A stretch of DNA of 64,000 bases from a virus: IMG/VR virus record IMGVR_UViG_3300033802_000281, one strand, 5' to 3'. The translations under genes were made by a program, and so were the position numbers. Position 1 is the stretch's first letter. Each line of letters opens with the position of its first letter. The notes beneath the pieces are model-generated. The model saw only the letters and a list, made by a program, of their open reading frames with translations, was not told the DNA's origin and searched no databases. Below are positions 30,489-40,426 of this stretch, piece by piece.

Positions 30489-31508
30489 TTATTGTTTTGA
30501 TAAGTAATTTTTTAGTTTCTCAAGTTCTTTCCATTCTCGATCTTTCGCACTTAAATCGTTATAAATTTTGTACATTTCACTTGAAGTCCAGCCCATTATT
30601 TCGATTATAAAGTCTGAACTTAAACCTAGTCTGGTAAGATGCGTCACAATATAATGCCGTAAACAGTGAGGGTAAAAAGGCACTCCCAAAAACTTTTCCC
30701 ATTTCTCCATCCATCCTCTAACCGTATCAACCGTAGCTGGCTTGCCATCTCTCCGAATAAAAATATAATCATGTTCTTCGCCATGTTCTTTCATTATTTT
30801 CTCTCTTTCAGGTAACCATGCTTTGTAATACGGTAAGAAGACATCTTTAATGATATATTTTGTTAGTAGCTTTCCGGCTTTTGTTCGACCTTTTGTCTTG
30901 ATCGGTTTCAATGTCTCTAAGAACATATCGTCAAATGCTGTATGATTTTCATTGATAATCGAAGTTGTAAACCTAAGCAATTCAGATACTCGTGCGCCAC
31001 TACCAATAGCTAAAGCTAGTAAACAAGCCTCTTGTGGTCGATTTATTTCATTACTTAAATATTCCAACAATCCATTAACTTGTTGTTCGGAAAGAACCGT
31101 CTTTTCTCTAATAGGGTTCTTTGGCATACTTTCAATCGTCTTTAATATTATATTTCTGAAGTTTGGATATTCTTCATCGTAATAGGTTTCAATAAAATTG
31201 GAAAAGGCGCTCAAACATGATTTCATACGTCCGAAGCGTGCCGATCCCCACTTGAGTTCTTCAACACAGTAAGCAAAGAATTCGGCAAATTCCAATTTCT
31301 TTATATTAACAAAGAATTTATTTTCGTTATTTAACAAATTCCATGTGAAGAAAATATTCAAATCACTCTTATATGCTTCAATAGTTCCATCGGAACATCG
31401 GGTATTCTTTTCTCTTAAAAATCTTTGTATTAGTTGCTTATTTTTTGGATTTATTTGTTCTTCCAACTCAGGCGAGGTAATAACTTTACGATATGTCTTT
31501 CTTCCCAC
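30489..31508 (-). CDS. Tyrosine recombinase within tail module (SPbeta YomM-like)
   Basis: GARVSEL, KTKG, FYPHCLRH, MGW...MYKIY catalytic residues; syntenic with SPbeta. Confidence 0.85.
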   Translation of the reverse strand: MGRKTYRKVITSPELEEQINPKNKQLIQRFLREKNTRCSDGTIEAYKSDLNIFFTWNLLNNENKFFVNIKKLEFAEFFAYCVEELKWGSARFGRMKSCLSAFSNFIETYYDEEYPNFRNIILKTIESMPKNPIREKTVLSEQQVNGLLEYLSNEINRPQEACLLALAIGSGARVSELLRFTTSIINENHTAFDDMFLETLKPIKTKGRTKAGKLLTKYIIKDVFLPYYKAWLPEREKIMKEHGEEHDYIFIRRDGKPATVDTVRGWMEKWEKFLGVPFYPHCLRHYIVTHLTRLGLSSDFIIEIMGWTSSEMYKIYNDLSAKDREWKELEKLKNYLSKQ

Positions 31509-31524
31509 TGTATCACCACCTAAC

Positions 31525-31995
31525 TTATTTAATTGATATTCCCCTCTTCTTCATTCCTTCTTTAAATGCTTTTATATGATCATTATTTCTTTTTAATCGA
31601 ACTTTTGTTCCAGAGTAAAAATCGCGTGGAAATGGTTGTAGTCTGTAAATCTTAGAACCTGTCCATCGATATCCGACACCGCTAACAATAATTCTGTCGA
31701 TTGGTTCATCATCGTATGACGGATATTTACTGTTTCCTATTGTTAAGTTTCTGATGATAATCGTGTTATCACCTATTTTTTTTACAACCATATTTGACGT
31801 GTCTGCAAGACCACCATCTAACCCACGTCTTTCATAAGGAACAAAAGCATCGGATTCATATGCTGTATATGTTTCTTCAATAATTGTGTCACTCATATTT
31901 TGTTTTACAACTTCAGAAACTTCGTTCTGTAATGTATCAAGAGCTTGTTTTTTTACATGAGAAAGCAAACTTTGTAAATCTCTAAACTTAGGCAT
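31525..31995 (-). CDS. Hypothetical virion morphogenesis protein
   Basis: ORF in tail operon, overlaps the upstream stop. Confidence 0.55.
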   Translation of the reverse strand: MPKFRDLQSLLSHVKKQALDTLQNEVSEVVKQNMSDTIIEETYTAYESDAFVPYERRGLDGGLADTSNMVVKKIGDNTIIIRNLTIGNSKYPSYDDEPIDRIIVSGVGYRWTGSKIYRLQPFPRDFYSGTKVRLKRNNDHIKAFKEGMKKRGISIK

Positions 31996-32461
31996 CAGTC
32001 TCGACCTTATTTATTTCAGAATTAAGAAACGTTTCCCCAATACGATTTTCAATAATTTTTGTATTCTCATTTACTTTTTGAATTGCTTCGTCAATTTTCT
32101 TAAGTTCTTCTTGAGGTAACGCATTTAGTAAATCTTCAAGAACCCCTAAATCAATAAGTTTTTCGCAAAGCACGATCATCTTATCAACATCTAAAGGTAT
32201 GATTTTTTCGAGGCTTGTGAAATGCTTTAAAAGTAGCATATAAAACACGAAGGTAATATCTCTACCGATATCGCTATAATCATTTCGATTTTGCAATTGG
32301 TTCATAATATCTTGATAATTATTGATTAATTTTTGAATACTGGTTGGTTTAAAATTTTCATATACATCACAGTAACTACCATCACTAAAATGCACTCGCT
32401 TCATTTTATTAAATTTATCGTTGTGCAGTTTATTAATATTTGAAATTGACAAGTGTTTCAT
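31988..32461 (-). CDS. Putative tail assembly chaperone
   Basis: Position between tail tube and tape measure. Confidence 0.45.
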   Translation of the reverse strand: MKHLSISNINKLHNDKFNKMKRVHFSDGSYCDVYENFKPTSIQKLINNYQDIMNQLQNRNDYSDIGRDITFVFYMLLLKHFTSLEKIIPLDVDKMIVLCEKLIDLGVLEDLLNALPQEELKKIDEAIQKVNENTKIIENRIGETFLNSEINKVETDA

Positions 32462-32498
32462 GCAAACACTCCCTAATAATTAATAATTATTAATACAG

Positions 32499-32538
32499 AA
32501 AAAAATACGGCGCACCTAATCAATTAAGTGCGCCGTAT
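32499..32538 (-). terminator. Intrinsic terminator after tail tube gene
   Basis: ATACGGCGCAC...GTGCGCCGTAT plus T-run on minus strand. Confidence 0.8.
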
Positions 32539-32546
32539 CAGAAAGA

Positions 32547-33314
32547 TTATTCATCTTCGTAAATGCTCATTGTATAGAGTGTATCTACACCATTAACTTT
32601 AACAGGGAATACGTCGAATACAAGAGATAGTGTACTTGGATCTCCTGTTGGAGCGAAACTAATTGTAAAGTCGGATCGCAGTCTTGCTTTGTAATACTTA
32701 ACTTGCATCGCTACGTCCACGCCTGCCACTTCATCAGCATACAGTGTGTCGCCAACCATAAATACATATGGCGGAACGCCACGCGCTGTAAAGTTTAGTG
32801 TATGTGCACTAGTAGCTGTCCATTGATAAAACACCTGTACTTCATCGCCTGCGTTTACTGTGGCATCAATGCCTAAAGTAACTTCGTTGCCAGTGACATT
32901 TAGCACAGGTTGATCATCAACGAGGATACCATTTTTATATGAATATACAGATACATCGCCAATAGGAGTTTTAGATAAGGTAACTACCTTCGCGCCACTA
33001 TCATCTTGCACAGTTAAACCTTCTACCTTAAAGATGTCTTCATTTTTCTTTGCGATATTTTCCCCTGCAAGCAATGCAAGATGTTGCATGGTAAAAATTT
33101 GTGTTTCTATTGTAATGGTTGTTTCTTTGTCACCGTGCCATGAGATACGACGAGGGTTACCCCTACCGCCTCTCGCATATACTACTTCAGCCGTGTTTTC
33201 CATTTGAACAGAAGTTGCATAGTCAAAAACCAGATAGGGTTTTTTGGTTGAATAATTAAAGATCTGCAAGTCCATTATCTCTCTAGAACCATAACGACCT
33301 AAATCAAGTGCCAT
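32547..33314 (-). CDS. Major tail tube protein
   Basis: VYARGGRGNPRRISW..DKETTITI...FTISFAPTGDPSTL; strong RBS; synteny. Confidence 0.75.
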   Translation of the reverse strand: MALDLGRYGSREIMDLQIFNYSTKKPYLVFDYATSVQMENTAEVVYARGGRGNPRRISWHGDKETTITIETQIFTMQHLALLAGENIAKKNEDIFKVEGLTVQDDSGAKVVTLSKTPIGDVSVYSYKNGILVDDQPVLNVTGNEVTLGIDATVNAGDEVQVFYQWTATSAHTLNFTARGVPPYVFMVGDTLYADEVAGVDVAMQVKYYKARLRSDFTISFAPTGDPSTLSLVFDVFPVKVNGVDTLYTMSIYEDE

Positions 33315-33377
33315 TTATAATCCATCCTCCTAGAAATAAAATAAAAATCCCCCTTATTAGAGGATTTAAAGCGACTG

Positions 33378-34094
33378 TTATAATTTACCACTTATCATCC
33401 AATCAGGAAGTTCAACGCCCTCCTTTAAGTGGCCGTTTGCCCAAACCTTTAGATATCTCATATGATTTTCTTTTAAATTCAATCTTTCAAAATGCTCAAA
33501 AATTTGATAAATAGTGAGTTTACCTACATTGAAAATATTAATACCGTTCCCATCGGCATTGCACAGTATTGATAAAATATCTTTTAAAGATAATCCTGTT
33601 TTTTTCTCCATCAATTTTTCTTTTATTTTTTTTCTTTTCAAAAACAATTCTCTGGCTTTTTTGTTTAGAAATTTTCGTTTTTTCTCATTCATTTCTTCCG
33701 TTATACCATTTTGCTCTTTTATAATAGCTATTACTTCTTCAAAATTATCTTTTGATACAAAGACCTTGTTGTCGATTTTAAAAATGGAAAAGACGTTATC
33801 AAATATAACTTCTTGTTTCGTAAAAAAAGAAAAAGCTTCTTGAACCAATTCTTTTGTGAAATCAAACGAAACAAATAAGTCAAATTCATTAACGTCATAT
33901 ATCTTGTTTAAAGTGTCATCATCAACTTTTAGTATATGTTTAAAAATTGCTTCTACGTCAAATAATGCCGCATGTAAATATACACTATATTGCAATTCAC
34001 CAATTTCACATATTTCTTCAATTGTCGGAGAATATAGAGGAAAACCATTAAAATCAACAGGCTTGCCAAGAAAATTTTTTAAGCGGTTCTCCAT
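33378..34094 (-). CDS. Hypothetical tail-assembly protein
   Basis: 238-aa ORF with C-terminal NIFNVGKLTIYQIFEHFERL. Confidence 0.55.
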   Translation of the reverse strand: MENRLKNFLGKPVDFNGFPLYSPTIEEICEIGELQYSVYLHAALFDVEAIFKHILKVDDDTLNKIYDVNEFDLFVSFDFTKELVQEAFSFFTKQEVIFDNVFSIFKIDNKVFVSKDNFEEVIAIIKEQNGITEEMNEKKRKFLNKKARELFLKRKKIKEKLMEKKTGLSLKDILSILCNADGNGINIFNVGKLTIYQIFEHFERLNLKENHMRYLKVWANGHLKEGVELPDWMISGKL

Positions 34095-34104
34095 TGAAAA
34101 TCAC

Positions 34105-34584
34105 CTAATTAAAATCAACAGGTTTGTAAGCAATATAGGCACCTGAATATGCATTGGCATTATGAACAGTAAATTCGTCCATTTCATAAAACTCTAATTT
34201 CCCAATACCAATACCACGATATTCATTTAAAGACTCATCAATTTTATTTAGAAGAAAATCAATTCTGGTTGTACTATAATCCGTTTTAAACAAAGTCCTG
34301 TGACTAAATACAGAAACATAAATGATCCCACTTTTAAACGATCCGTTTATGTTTCGGAATCTGCTAAAATGAACCGCCAAGTATGTTTTAGCTTGATCTG
34401 TAACTGTGGGAACAAAAGAATGTGGAAATATATTTTCATATATTAATGCTGTTGGATCATCTATATCCTCTAAATCTAAAAAATTCTCTTGTTGATAATG
34501 AATAGCTTTACATATTTCTTGGGACTGTATTAATTTTAGTACAATTGATTGTTTATATTGCCCTAATTCTTTAAATCTTGCCAA
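34105..34584 (-). CDS. Putative tail completion/terminator protein
   Basis: Size, position and RIDFL..IDE..N...GIGKL motif. Confidence 0.5.
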   Translation of the reverse strand: MARFKELGQYKQSIVLKLIQSQEICKAIHYQQENFLDLEDIDDPTALIYENIFPHSFVPTVTDQAKTYLAVHFSRFRNINGSFKSGIIYVSVFSHRTLFKTDYSTTRIDFLLNKIDESLNEYRGIGIGKLEFYEMDEFTVHNANAYSGAYIAYKPVDFN

Positions 34585-34602
34585 TACATCACCCTCTTAG
34601 GG

Positions 34603-35889
34603 TCAGAAAATAGGTTTCATCTGTATCCTCTTCCATTCAACAATATCTGGATTTTCTAAAAGTTGAACCCTTAATTGCACATATCCAGAATTTGAGTTGT
34701 TATTCTTAACTACACAAAAATTATTATTTTGTTCGATTATAGTCGCTAATTGTGTTGATGTAGACATATCATCGGCAAATAATTGAAATGACACTTCTCC
34801 ATCCACGACAATTCCGTTGTTAAATACTGTTGCATAGTATTGTTTTGATTGACCATATTTGATTTCATTTGATCCTTCAATAAATATTGAATAATTATCA
34901 ATAGTTAATTCCTGAATATTAATTGTAATTGTGCTCATAATACTGTTGTTATTTTCGAGAGCAACTGTTATAACAACTTCCCCTTCAGAGATAAATGTTA
35001 CTAAACCATCGTCACTTACGGTGGCGATTTCTTCATTAGATGAAGAAAATATTAATTTTTCATTTACTATTTCATTATTCTTTTTGACAACAACATTTAA
35101 CTGAAGTATGTCGTTAACATTAGCATCAATAATGCTTCCATTTAAAATTTCAATTTTGTAATTTGAGTAACCATTGAAATAGTCAGCTATTTCTAAGTCC
35201 ACATTATCTGTGGCAATATTGATCTGATCTTCTTCAAGAATTAAGTGAATAATATTATCAAATTCAATTGAATCCTTCGTAATAATCTTCCATGCACGTC
35301 CATCGAAGATAAACCGTTTTTCTTTTTTAAATTGAGATGTTTCTTCGTTTAATGGAATCAAGATATTTCTTCGTTCATTGCCTATATTAATAAATTTTCC
35401 GTTTTCAATACCATATGTTGATGCTGTATCGGTTCTGTAAGTAAACGGTATTTCTTTGATTTCTCCATATTGATTTATCCATCGTAACATTCCGTGACAT
35501 TTTAGCATTATACTATGGTCGAATCCGCCACGAAGATGTTCGGTTTTTAATAATAAGTAGTATTTTTTATTTTCATAATCTGTGTCTGAGTACTCAACTA
35601 TGTCTCCGGGCTTAAACTCGTCTATGGTTCTTGTAACTAATTCCTTATGAAATATTGATTTTATCGTTCCTGATTTTTGAGGGTCACGATTATAGTCAAC
35701 AATACAATCATATGTAACATTTTCTCTATAAATTGTATTGGCCCTAGAAGAATTGATAATAATCGCATAAGGACTTATTGCACTATTTTCTTGTTCTGAA
35801 TATCGGTCTGCAAGTTGTTGAAGAAAGTCATTATCGTGATCGCCATTTTCAATATATTTTTTATAATGAAGTATTTTATTTATATCCAT
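34603..35889 (-). CDS. Head-closure/neck protein with Ig-like (Big_2) domains
   Basis: FSSSNEEIATVSDDGLVTFISEGEVVITV Ig-like motif. Confidence 0.6.
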   Translation of the reverse strand: MDINKILHYKKYIENGDHDNDFLQQLADRYSEQENSAISPYAIIINSSRANTIYRENVTYDCIVDYNRDPQKSGTIKSIFHKELVTRTIDEFKPGDIVEYSDTDYENKKYYLLLKTEHLRGGFDHSIMLKCHGMLRWINQYGEIKEIPFTYRTDTASTYGIENGKFINIGNERRNILIPLNEETSQFKKEKRFIFDGRAWKIITKDSIEFDNIIHLILEEDQINIATDNVDLEIADYFNGYSNYKIEILNGSIIDANVNDILQLNVVVKKNNEIVNEKLIFSSSNEEIATVSDDGLVTFISEGEVVITVALENNNSIMSTITINIQELTIDNYSIFIEGSNEIKYGQSKQYYATVFNNGIVVDGEVSFQLFADDMSTSTQLATIIEQNNNFCVVKNNNSNSGYVQLRVQLLENPDIVEWKRIQMKPIF

Positions 35890-35894
35890 TTAGA

Positions 35895-36371
35895 TCATCC
35901 TTCATATATGCTTTTTATTTTCCAAGTCTGGCGATCACGAATGTAATAGTTATGAATATTATTAATTATTTGATTTTCAATGTTACTAATCATATTTAGA
36001 AAACTGTTTCGATTATTTGCAGGAGAAAATACATTTAATTCTCTTGAATTAAATGTTATCTCAAATGCTTTTAACTTATTTTTATCTTCATCCAAATATG
36101 ATAAAAACATTAAGTCTGCCAACAAATTGATTTCTTGCGGAACTAAATCTTCATTAAATTGCTTTTCTTCATCATTACGATTATAAAAATCTATATCGGG
36201 CAGTCCAAAATCATATAATCTATCGACTGCCCTTTCTAATAAATTGTACAAATGTTCATTTACTAATTCTTCAATCTCTTCTTCACTTACATTTTTATAA
36301 TTTAAAAATTGAGAATCGTTTTTTAGACGTTTCAAGAATTTCTCATAAACAACATCGTAAGGTGTACTCAA
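35895..36371 (-). CDS. Putative head-tail adaptor
   Basis: TPYDVVYEKFL...EINLLADLM...FSPAN; synteny. Confidence 0.55.
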   Translation of the reverse strand: MSTPYDVVYEKFLKRLKNDSQFLNYKNVSEEEIEELVNEHLYNLLERAVDRLYDFGLPDIDFYNRNDEEKQFNEDLVPQEINLLADLMFLSYLDEDKNKLKAFEITFNSRELNVFSPANNRNSFLNMISNIENQIINNIHNYYIRDRQTWKIKSIYEG

Positions 36372-36373
36372 TA

Positions 36374-37120
36374 TTATGCACCTTCTTTTCTACGACCATT
36401 CCCCTTTGACGAACCAACTTTACTTTGTTCTTTTGTCAGTTTTTCAACTTTCTTTAGCAATTCTTCAATTGCATTTTGCGATTGATTCAGAAGTTCATCT
36501 TTCTTTTTAAGTAATTTATTTTGTTGTTCACGTTCTTTTTCAAGTTCATAAATACGATTTGCAAGATTTTTTACTTCTTTTTCTAGTTCATCTCTTCGTT
36601 TTTGATCTTCGTCTTTATTTAAAAGTCTTGCAATCATACCGTCAGGATTCCGTTGTTTTCCACCAGTAAGTTCATCATAACGTTCACACACAACAGCAAT
36701 AATTTCGTTTTTTGGCGTCATTCCTGCACGTTCCATTTCAAAGAGCATTTGTTTCATTCTCGTAATGAGAAGCATTGAATTTATATTACTAATCCTTTTT
36801 ATTGTTTCAATATCATTTTTTCGTAATAAATTCATCAATTCTTCATCAGTCATGATATTTTCACGATCTTCAATTCCTAATTTAGCGTAAATTTCATCTT
36901 CTTCATCGGGATGAAAACGAAGTGCTCCGACCTTAAATATATCAGATTTTGTATTTTCCGATTCAATATCGTCCCAATGTACACGCTCTACAACATATTC
37001 TTCGTCTTCTGATCGACCACGAATAAAAACTCCGCCTTTGTTATAAATACTAGGGAATCCTACATGTGAACGAGAATAGTTATAAACACGAATCCTGCCG
37101 TTTTGCATATCAATTGCCAT
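36374..37120 (-). CDS. Hypothetical head-associated protein
   Basis: ORF after major capsid gene, C-terminal coiled coil. Confidence 0.55.
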   Translation of the reverse strand: MAIDMQNGRIRVYNYSRSHVGFPSIYNKGGVFIRGRSEDEEYVVERVHWDDIESENTKSDIFKVGALRFHPDEEDEIYAKLGIEDRENIMTDEELMNLLRKNDIETIKRISNINSMLLITRMKQMLFEMERAGMTPKNEIIAVVCERYDELTGGKQRNPDGMIARLLNKDEDQKRRDELEKEVKNLANRIYELEKEREQQNKLLKKKDELLNQSQNAIEELLKKVEKLTKEQSKVGSSKGNGRRKEGA

Positions 37121-37135
37121 TAAATTTCCTCCCCT

Positions 37136-37169
37136 AAAAATAGGCAGGGCACTGTTAAGACAGCGCCCT
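37136..37169 (-). terminator. Probable terminator after major capsid gene
   Basis: AGGGCGCTGT-CTTA-ACAGTGCCCT hairpin followed by T-run. Confidence 0.6.
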
Positions 37170-37193
37170 TAAAATTAATAAATATTTTATGTA

Positions 37194-38204
37194 TTAGCTG
37201 AAATAAATACGTGCGATTTTATCAAGATAATAAATGACATATTCAAATTCATAGCCAGTAAATTTAAGATGAACTTTTTCTGCATTGTTATCATATGTTT
37301 CGTAATTACGAAGTTCACCGCGCATATCGCAATCGCCAATCTTGCCAGCAATGCCAAGGATGCGTTTGTCAGGCATTAGATTTGACCCTTTAGAAGTCTT
37401 TTTTGCTGTTGGCACACTCACAGTACGGACACCTTCGTACATCGCAACCCGACCAAGGCGATTTAATTCGTTTTTCATTTCATTGCTAAGATATGCTTCA
37501 AAACCTTCCATCTTAGCAATTGGATCAATATATTTAGATAGACCTATCATGAACGGATTTCCTTCGCTCATATCGCGCAGATAACGAGCAAAAGTATCAA
37601 TATTTGTTTGTGTTGGTGCTGAACCACCGTTAATATTTTGATCGCTACTCACTAATACACTCAATGCAGCATCGATGCCAGCTAATAGACGATAAAACAT
37701 TTCTTGTTCGAATGTTTCTCGTACTAATTCAGCCATACGAGAAATTGATTTCCAGCCATTTCGACGAAGATCAGAATAATTCAGTTCAGTTTCAACTTGT
37801 AAGAAATGTTTTACTGGTTGAAAAACGCCGGGATCTACATAAGACTTAGGGACGTTGCCGCCGCGAGTACTATCGTATGCAACAAGCGTATTCTTTGGTA
37901 GACCCGTATATAACTTTTCATCAAATTCACCAATTTGTCCAAAGTTAAAAATTTCATTTAAAATGCTTGTTTCAGGTTGGAAAACAAGTGGTTCGACTGT
38001 GCGTTTAATTAATTCGGCAACAAGTGTAGCATTTTCATATTTGCTGCGCCCACTCTTGCCAACTTCTTTTGCAAATGCATCAACAAGTTCAATTATTTCT
38101 TTATCACTTTCATCAAGCATATCAGCCCTTTGTCGTTCAGCTACTTCAATAATATTCTTTTCTTTTAAAGCAGAAGCAAGTTCGGTAGAAAATAATTTGC
38201 TCAT
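37194..38204 (-). CDS. Major capsid protein
   Basis: About 336 aa after scaffold and decoration genes; AAGGAGG RBS before ATG 38204; biased high-expression codon usage. Confidence 0.75.
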   Translation of the reverse strand: MSKLFSTELASALKEKNIIEVAERQRADMLDESDKEIIELVDAFAKEVGKSGRSKYENATLVAELIKRTVEPLVFQPETSILNEIFNFGQIGEFDEKLYTGLPKNTLVAYDSTRGGNVPKSYVDPGVFQPVKHFLQVETELNYSDLRRNGWKSISRMAELVRETFEQEMFYRLLAGIDAALSVLVSSDQNINGGSAPTQTNIDTFARYLRDMSEGNPFMIGLSKYIDPIAKMEGFEAYLSNEMKNELNRLGRVAMYEGVRTVSVPTAKKTSKGSNLMPDKRILGIAGKIGDCDMRGELRNYETYDNNAEKVHLKFTGYEFEYVIYYLDKIARIYFS

Positions 38205-38245
38205 ATTATATTTATTCCTCCTTGTGTAATTGTCCATTTAAAAAC

Positions 38246-38271
38246 AAAAAAGAGGAAGTTTTAACTTCCTC
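38246..38271 (-). terminator. Intrinsic terminator directly upstream of major capsid gene
   Basis: GAGGAAGTT-AA-AACTTCCTC followed by T6. Confidence 0.7.
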
Positions 38272-38293
38272 ATACAAAGATATTGTTTTATTT

Positions 38294-38758
38294 TTAAGAA
38301 ATAGTTACAGGATTCACGACTTCAAACCAATACAGTGTTTTACTTCCATCAGCATACGTACCTAGATACTTGAAAACAGACGTATCACCAGAAGTCGCCT
38401 TTACTAGTTTACCAGCATTAGTTGATGTTCCAGCAATAGCATAATCTCCAGCAGATAGACCATCGGGAACTACTTGGTCAGTTCCGAACTGACCGCCAAC
38501 AGCATATTTAAGCAGAATACCACGTTTACCGGCTTCAACGGTATCAAGTGAATCGTCATATGCGCTAATTTCCACATCGGCATATGCACCAGTTGGCTGA
38601 TTATCAGCATCAAGAAGATATACGTCTACTCCTTCATCATCCGCAGGATCTGCCTTGCCAGTAGAAAGATTTTTTACAACTACAGAACCACGCTTTAGAT
38701 TGGCAGACACAGGATAGATTTCTGTAACTTTTGGTGCAACAATAATTTCACGAAACAT
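38294..38758 (-). CDS. Putative capsid decoration protein
   Basis: 154-aa Gly/Ala/Asp-rich ORF between scaffold and capsid genes. Confidence 0.55.
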   Translation of the reverse strand: MFREIIVAPKVTEIYPVSANLKRGSVVVKNLSTGKADPADDEGVDVYLLDADNQPTGAYADVEISAYDDSLDTVEAGKRGILLKYAVGGQFGTDQVVPDGLSAGDYAIAGTSTNAGKLVKATSGDTSVFKYLGTYADGSKTLYWFEVVNPVTIS

Positions 38759-38761
38759 TGA

Positions 38762-40240
38762 TTATTTCCCCCTCTTAATAACACTTTTTATAATGTCGGT
38801 TGCTGATGCCATAATTTTATCATCATCACCATTTGTTAAATTTGTTTGTGCAACAGTAACATCATGATTTTCGGCACTTTTCTTTTCTTCACTTGTTTCT
38901 GGTGCTTCAGGTTGTTTTTGTTTACTTTCTTTATACTTTTGAATAGCTCTACGACCTTTAATAAGATCGATCTTTTCTTTTGATGCTTCAAAATTATCAA
39001 TGGTTAATTCAGCAATAATAGTAAAAATAGTTTCGTCGTTTTCTAATTCTTCTGAAGTAATCAGGCCATCTTCGAGTGCAAAAGATTTAAGTTCTTCACG
39101 TTTATTTGCAAGTTCCCTTTCTCTTTCGGCTTGTTCCAATTGTTCTACTTTTTCTTTATAAGGTTGTAATTCAGCAATTTTAGCTTCAAGCTGTTCTTTT
39201 TCTTTATTTGTTTCTGTTAGAAGCTTTCCAGCTTCAGCAATTTGCTTTTCAGCTTCATTAAGTTTTTCTTGAAGTTCTGAAATTTGTTGGTCAATTTGTG
39301 ACTTTGGAACAAAAACCATTTCTACTTCACGACTTGAAGTGATACTGATTGTGTCATCTGAGTTTACTACATAACTAAATTCAACAAAATCAGTATCTTT
39401 ATCCCTTTCCCATTTGTAAGCATATGCTTTATATTCATATGGGAAAATCATGGAAACATAATAGTAATATTCAGATGAATTGTTGATTGCTTGCCTAACT
39501 TTTCGATATAAATCGTTTTCTGTTAAAGCAGATGTTTGATTATTCTTATCAGCCACTTGCTCTCCTCCTTCACTATACTTTTTAATATTTAAAAGTTCAG
39601 AAATCATATCTTCTGACAGGGCTTCGATCAATTCCCGATCCTCGCTTGCTACATCAATAACTCCTGAACTTTTATAAGCTGGTTGTATATTTTCACCGAG
39701 ACAACAATGCCCAATGAATTCACCTTTATCAATAACTTTTATTTTTTTACCATTGATTTTTTCATTATGAGACTCGATTACTGAGATTTCCCAAGAAGTT
39801 TTTAACCCTTTTTTACTTTTAACTCGTTTACTGAATACTTCAAATGCCTTTTTATATCTTTTCCAAACTTTGGCTTTAGCAGTTATGTATTCAACTCCAT
39901 CAATTTCTTCAATCCGAACTTCATAAAAACTACCAAAAGCTTGTGTATCAAATTCAATTTCATAATATTCTTCATTTGTCTCTTCATCATAAACTTTAAC
40001 AACTTTAACATTGTGACCAGAGAAATCTTCTGAACCATCTACTTTTTTTACGACTTTACCAACTAATGGCATATTAACAAGAGTACCAATCCATTCTTCT
40101 GCTGTATCACGATTTAATTTAACGTTATTGCCGTTAACGGAAAAGTCGCAAATAATAAATTTTACATCAATACTATTGAGGCTTTCATTATCCTCGCTTA
40201 ATAAAATAACTTGATTGCTTATAATGCTTTCATTTTGCAT
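38762..40240 (-). CDS. Prohead protease-scaffold fusion
   Basis: N-terminal DFSGH...KTSWEI...GHCCLG..IQPAY protease-like region and C-terminal coiled coil. Confidence 0.7.
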   Translation of the reverse strand: MQNESIISNQVILLSEDNESLNSIDVKFIICDFSVNGNNVKLNRDTAEEWIGTLVNMPLVGKVVKKVDGSEDFSGHNVKVVKVYDEETNEEYYEIEFDTQAFGSFYEVRIEEIDGVEYITAKAKVWKRYKKAFEVFSKRVKSKKGLKTSWEISVIESHNEKINGKKIKVIDKGEFIGHCCLGENIQPAYKSSGVIDVASEDRELIEALSEDMISELLNIKKYSEGGEQVADKNNQTSALTENDLYRKVRQAINNSSEYYYYVSMIFPYEYKAYAYKWERDKDTDFVEFSYVVNSDDTISITSSREVEMVFVPKSQIDQQISELQEKLNEAEKQIAEAGKLLTETNKEKEQLEAKIAELQPYKEKVEQLEQAERERELANKREELKSFALEDGLITSEELENDETIFTIIAELTIDNFEASKEKIDLIKGRRAIQKYKESKQKQPEAPETSEEKKSAENHDVTVAQTNLTNGDDDKIMASATDIIKSVIKRGK

Positions 40241-40267
40241 TCATTACATCACCACCTTTCAATAAGA

Positions 40268-40423
40268 TTATCTGAAACTGCCAAATATAATATTGTGCTT
40301 TTCTAATATTTGAGATACTTCAATTTTAGGTGGTGATTCTGTAATCACAATTTCAACTTCATTATTTTCAACATTTGCGATTAGTTCTTCATTACAACAA
40401 GGACAATGAAACTTTATTTTCAT
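40268..40423 (-). CDS. Small CxxC protein (51 aa; below ORF-track cutoff)
   Basis: MKIKFHCPCCNEEL... preceded by GGAG RBS, between portal and protease genes. Confidence 0.55.
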   Translation of the reverse strand: MKIKFHCPCCNEELIANVENNEVEIVITESPPKIEVSQILEKHNIIFGSFR

Positions 40424-40426
40424 AAC

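Noticed and set aside
30489-31508. Tail-module recombinase as a shufflon invertase
   Set aside because: No inverted crossover repeats or oppositely oriented tail cassettes were seen; a recombinase at this position is normal in SPbeta-like phages
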